A DNA stretch of 35,133 bases from Candidatus Dormiibacterota bacterium (GTDB taxonomy: Bacteria; Chloroflexota; Dormibacteria; Aeolococcales; Aeolococcaceae), in contig PLAX01000139.1 of NCBI GenBank assembly GCA_003135255.1, positions 1-35,133 of the forward strand, given 5' to 3'. Positions 33,431-35,133 of the stretch are shown in pieces; positions within the stretch are counted from its first letter, which is position 1, and each line of letters begins with the position of its first letter. The notes below the pieces were generated by a model that saw nothing but the letters and a program-made list of their open reading frames with translations, searched no databases and was not told where the DNA came from. The translations under genes and the position numbers were made by a program.

Positions 33431-33855
33431 GTCGTCGCGCCCTGCTGGTCGATATGGCGGCACCCCACCGCGATGGGAGCGCCGCCGGTGGAGACGACGA
33501 AGTACGAGGGGCTCCAGAGGTGGCCGCGACCCACGCGTCGCAGCCAGGGATGGCGCTGCCGAAGAGTGCGGGAGGCCACGCCCTTGAGCTGCTGGACGAG
33601 GCGCCACAGCGGTAGGGAGGGCGGGTGGCGCAGCAGCAGGTGGACGTGGTCGGGCTCGCCGTTGCACTCCACCAGGATCGCGCCGAGCTGCTCGCATTGC
33701 TCAGTCCAGAGGGCGCGCAGCTGGCCGCGCAGGGCAGGGCTGAAAACGCGTCGTCGGTACTTCACGACCACCACCAGGTGGGCGAAGAGGAGCGAGCCGC
33801 TGTGCCGGCTGCGAAGGCATCGGGGCGTGGTCGTGGGCACGCTCAGGGCGTACAC
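33412..33855 (-). CDS. tnpA: IS200/IS605-family Y1 (HUH) transposase TnpA
   Basis: The track ORF 33412..33981 is probably over-extended. I prefer GTG 33855 (or GTG 33840). Sequence: ...LLFAHLVVVVKYRRRVF...ECNGEPDHVHLLLRHPPSLPLWRLVQQLKGVASRTLR...LWSPSYFVVSTGGAPIAV. The HUH motif (HVH) and the catalytic Tyr context (SYF) are present. Confidence 0.85.
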   Translation of the reverse strand: MYALSVPTTTPRCLRSRHSGSLLFAHLVVVVKYRRRVFSPALRGQLRALWTEQCEQLGAILVECNGEPDHVHLLLRHPPSLPLWRLVQQLKGVASRTLRQRHPWLRRVGRGHLWSPSYFVVSTGGAPIAVGCRHIDQQGATTALCPD

Positions 33856-33865
33856 TTGTTCGCAG

Positions 33866-35133
33866 ATGGGCCGCTGCCAGCCGACACCGCCGACCTTCGT
33901 CGCCGAGTTCCGCCTCGACGCCACGCCGAGGCAGCGGGCCGTGGTGCAGCGCCGGTTGCGCGCTGGCGCCCAGGTGTACAACCGCTGCCTGCAGGTGGGC
34001 CTGGAGCGTCTGGCGGCGATGCGGGCCGATCCCCGCTACGAGGAGGCGCGCCGGCTGCCGGCCAGCAGGGAGCGCGGCGCTGCGTTCGCCGAGCTGCGCC
34101 GTGAGCACGGCGTGCGCGAGTACGACCTCCAGGGGGTGGGGAGCGCGGTCCGGGGCTGCTACCTGGGCGAGCAGATCGGCGCCCACGAGGCCCAGACCGT
34201 GGCCACCCGGGCTTTCCGCGCCGTCGAGGAGCACGCGTACGGGAAGCGGGGCCGGCCGCGCTTCAGGGCCACCCGCCGGGGGTTGGACTCGGTGGAGGGC
34301 AAGTCCTCGGACTCGGCGGTGCGCTTCGGAAGGCGGGTGATCGATGGAGAGGAGCGACCGGTGCTCTGCTGGGGCAGGTCGCTGGCCATGCCGCTGCGCA
34401 TCGAGGCCGGCAACCCAGTGCAGCTCTGGGCTGCGATCCACGTCGCCGGGGGAGGGCTGCGCCACGCCCGGCTAGTGCGGCGGCGGGTGAAGGGGCGGGA
34501 ATACCTGTATGCCCAGCTCGTGATCCAGGACCGGCCCTGCCCCCGCCACCAGGTCGGCACGGGGCTGGTGGGGGCGGACCTGGGGCCGTCGACGATCGCT
34601 GTGGTCAGCGACTCCGAGGTGGCCCTGGAGCGGTTCTGCGCCGAGCTGGAGCCGCAGTGGCAGCGGGTGCGACGCCTCCAGCGGAGGCTCGACCGCCAGC
34701 ATCGCGCCGGGTCGCCCGCCTGCTTCGACGAGCGGGGCCGGCACCTGCGCGGTCGCTGCGCCTGGACGCGTTCGCGCCGGGCTCGGCTCACCCAGGTGGC
34801 GCTGGCCGAGGCGCACCGGCGTACCGCGGCGCAGCGCCGGAGTCTGCACGGCAACCTGGTCAACCGGATCCTGTCCCATGGCACCGACATCCGGATCGAG
34901 CGGCTGAGCTACCGCGCCTGGCAGCGCGGGCACTTCTCCCGGTCGGTGCGCGACCGGGCTCCTGGTCTGTTCGTCTCCGAGCTGAAGCGCAAGGCTGCGA
35001 GTGCCGGCGGTTCGGTGGTGGAGTTCGACACCCGGACCACGGCGCTCTCCCAGGTCTGCGTCTGCGGCCGGCGGGAGCGCAAACCCCTGCAGCTGCGCGT
35101 TCACGGGTGCCCCTGCGGCATCCGGGCGCAGCG
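33866..35133 (+). CDS. tnpB: IS605 OrfB-family TnpB (RuvC-like, RNA-guided nuclease family), first 422 codons; C-terminus beyond window end
   Basis: Absent from the ORF track (open at the edge). My translation from ATG 33866 reads MGRCQPTPPTFVAEFRLDATPRQRAVVQRRLRAGAQVYNRCL...AFRAVEEHAYGKRGRPRFRATRRGLDSVEG...GLVGADLGPSTIAVV (RuvC-I Asp codon at 34577-34579)...GTDIRIERLSY (RuvC-II Glu codon at 34898-34900)...SQVCVCGRRERKPLQLRVHGCPCG (zinc finger). No in-frame stop to 35133. Confidence 0.88.
   Translation, partial: MGRCQPTPPTFVAEFRLDATPRQRAVVQRRLRAGAQVYNRCLQVGLERLAAMRADPRYEEARRLPASRERGAAFAELRREHGVREYDLQGVGSAVRGCYLGEQIGAHEAQTVATRAFRAVEEHAYGKRGRPRFRATRRGLDSVEGKSSDSAVRFGRRVIDGEERPVLCWGRSLAMPLRIEAGNPVQLWAAIHVAGGGLRHARLVRRRVKGREYLYAQLVIQDRPCPRHQVGTGLVGADLGPSTIAVVSDSEVALERFCAELEPQWQRVRRLQRRLDRQHRAGSPACFDERGRHLRGRCAWTRSRRARLTQVALAEAHRRTAAQRRSLHGNLVNRILSHGTDIRIERLSYRAWQRGHFSRSVRDRAPGLFVSELKRKAASAGGSVVEFDTRTTALSQVCVCGRRERKPLQLRVHGCPCGIRAQ

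Larger units (their letters stand above)
33394..35133. mobile_element. IS200/IS605-family insertion sequence with divergently transcribed tnpA and tnpB (right part outside window; left boundary somewhere between 33349 and 33394)
   Basis: tnpA (minus) and tnpB (plus) have start codons only about 10 nt apart. A subterminal hairpin lies at the tnpA-distal end. The element sits directly after the last gene of the glycerol operon. Confidence 0.8.

Noticed and set aside
33625-34890. ORFs 33625..34104 (+), 33701..34465 (-) and 34159..34890 (-) overlapping the IS element
   Set aside because: They are alternative or antisense frames of tnpA/tnpB with Arg/Pro/Gly-rich products. The tnpB frame starting at 33866 carries the RuvC and zinc-finger motifs and explains the region.

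Overview
35.1 kb of very GC-rich bacterial chromosome, with strong third-position GC bias, many GTG/TTG starts and GGAGG-type ribosome binding sites. An IclR/GylR-type regulator divergent from glpF and the form of the CydA N-terminus suggest Actinomycetota, but that is inference only. I can support 32 protein-coding loci and one tRNA-Pro(GGG). Two loci are edge-truncated and absent from the ORF track: cydA at the left edge and tnpB at the right edge. Two look degraded: a transposase fragment and a frameshifted glpC. Layout: (1) 1-6.2 kb is a respiratory/signalling block with cydA, a PAS-LuxR regulator, a mobile-element scar, a FIST (NosP-like) gene translationally coupled to a PAS-GGDEF cyclase, and a second PAS-GGDEF cyclase. 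(2) 6.4-11.4 kb holds DUF779 plus aldehyde dehydrogenase, malic enzyme and a TP-repeat lipoprotein. (3) 11.4-12.6 kb is gene-poor, with one orphan ORF and tRNA-Pro. (4) 12.8-33.3 kb is a glycerol/dihydroxyacetone supercluster. It contains plsY, a minus-strand gylR-glpK pair and a minus-strand sorC-aldolase-HAD-dhaL-dhaK operon. Its plus-strand operon is glpF-dhaK-dhaL-glpK-glpA-glpB-glpC-dhaM(EIIA-HPr-full EI fusion)-pgsA-SDR. (5) 33.4 kb to the end is an IS200/IS605 element with divergent tnpA and tnpB. I saw no rRNA, CRISPR array or recognisable defence system. The best candidate for something undescribed is the second, sequence-divergent DhaK/DhaL pair, which sits in an operon with a class II ketose-bisphosphate aldolase, a CbbY-like phosphatase and its own SorC regulator. 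Other items worth follow-up are the self-sufficient DhaM-EI fusion, the FIST-diguanylate cyclase pair next to cytochrome bd, the glpC frameshift, an (ACTGA)n microsatellite in front of glpA, several repeat/palindrome candidate operators, and the apparently intact TnpB.
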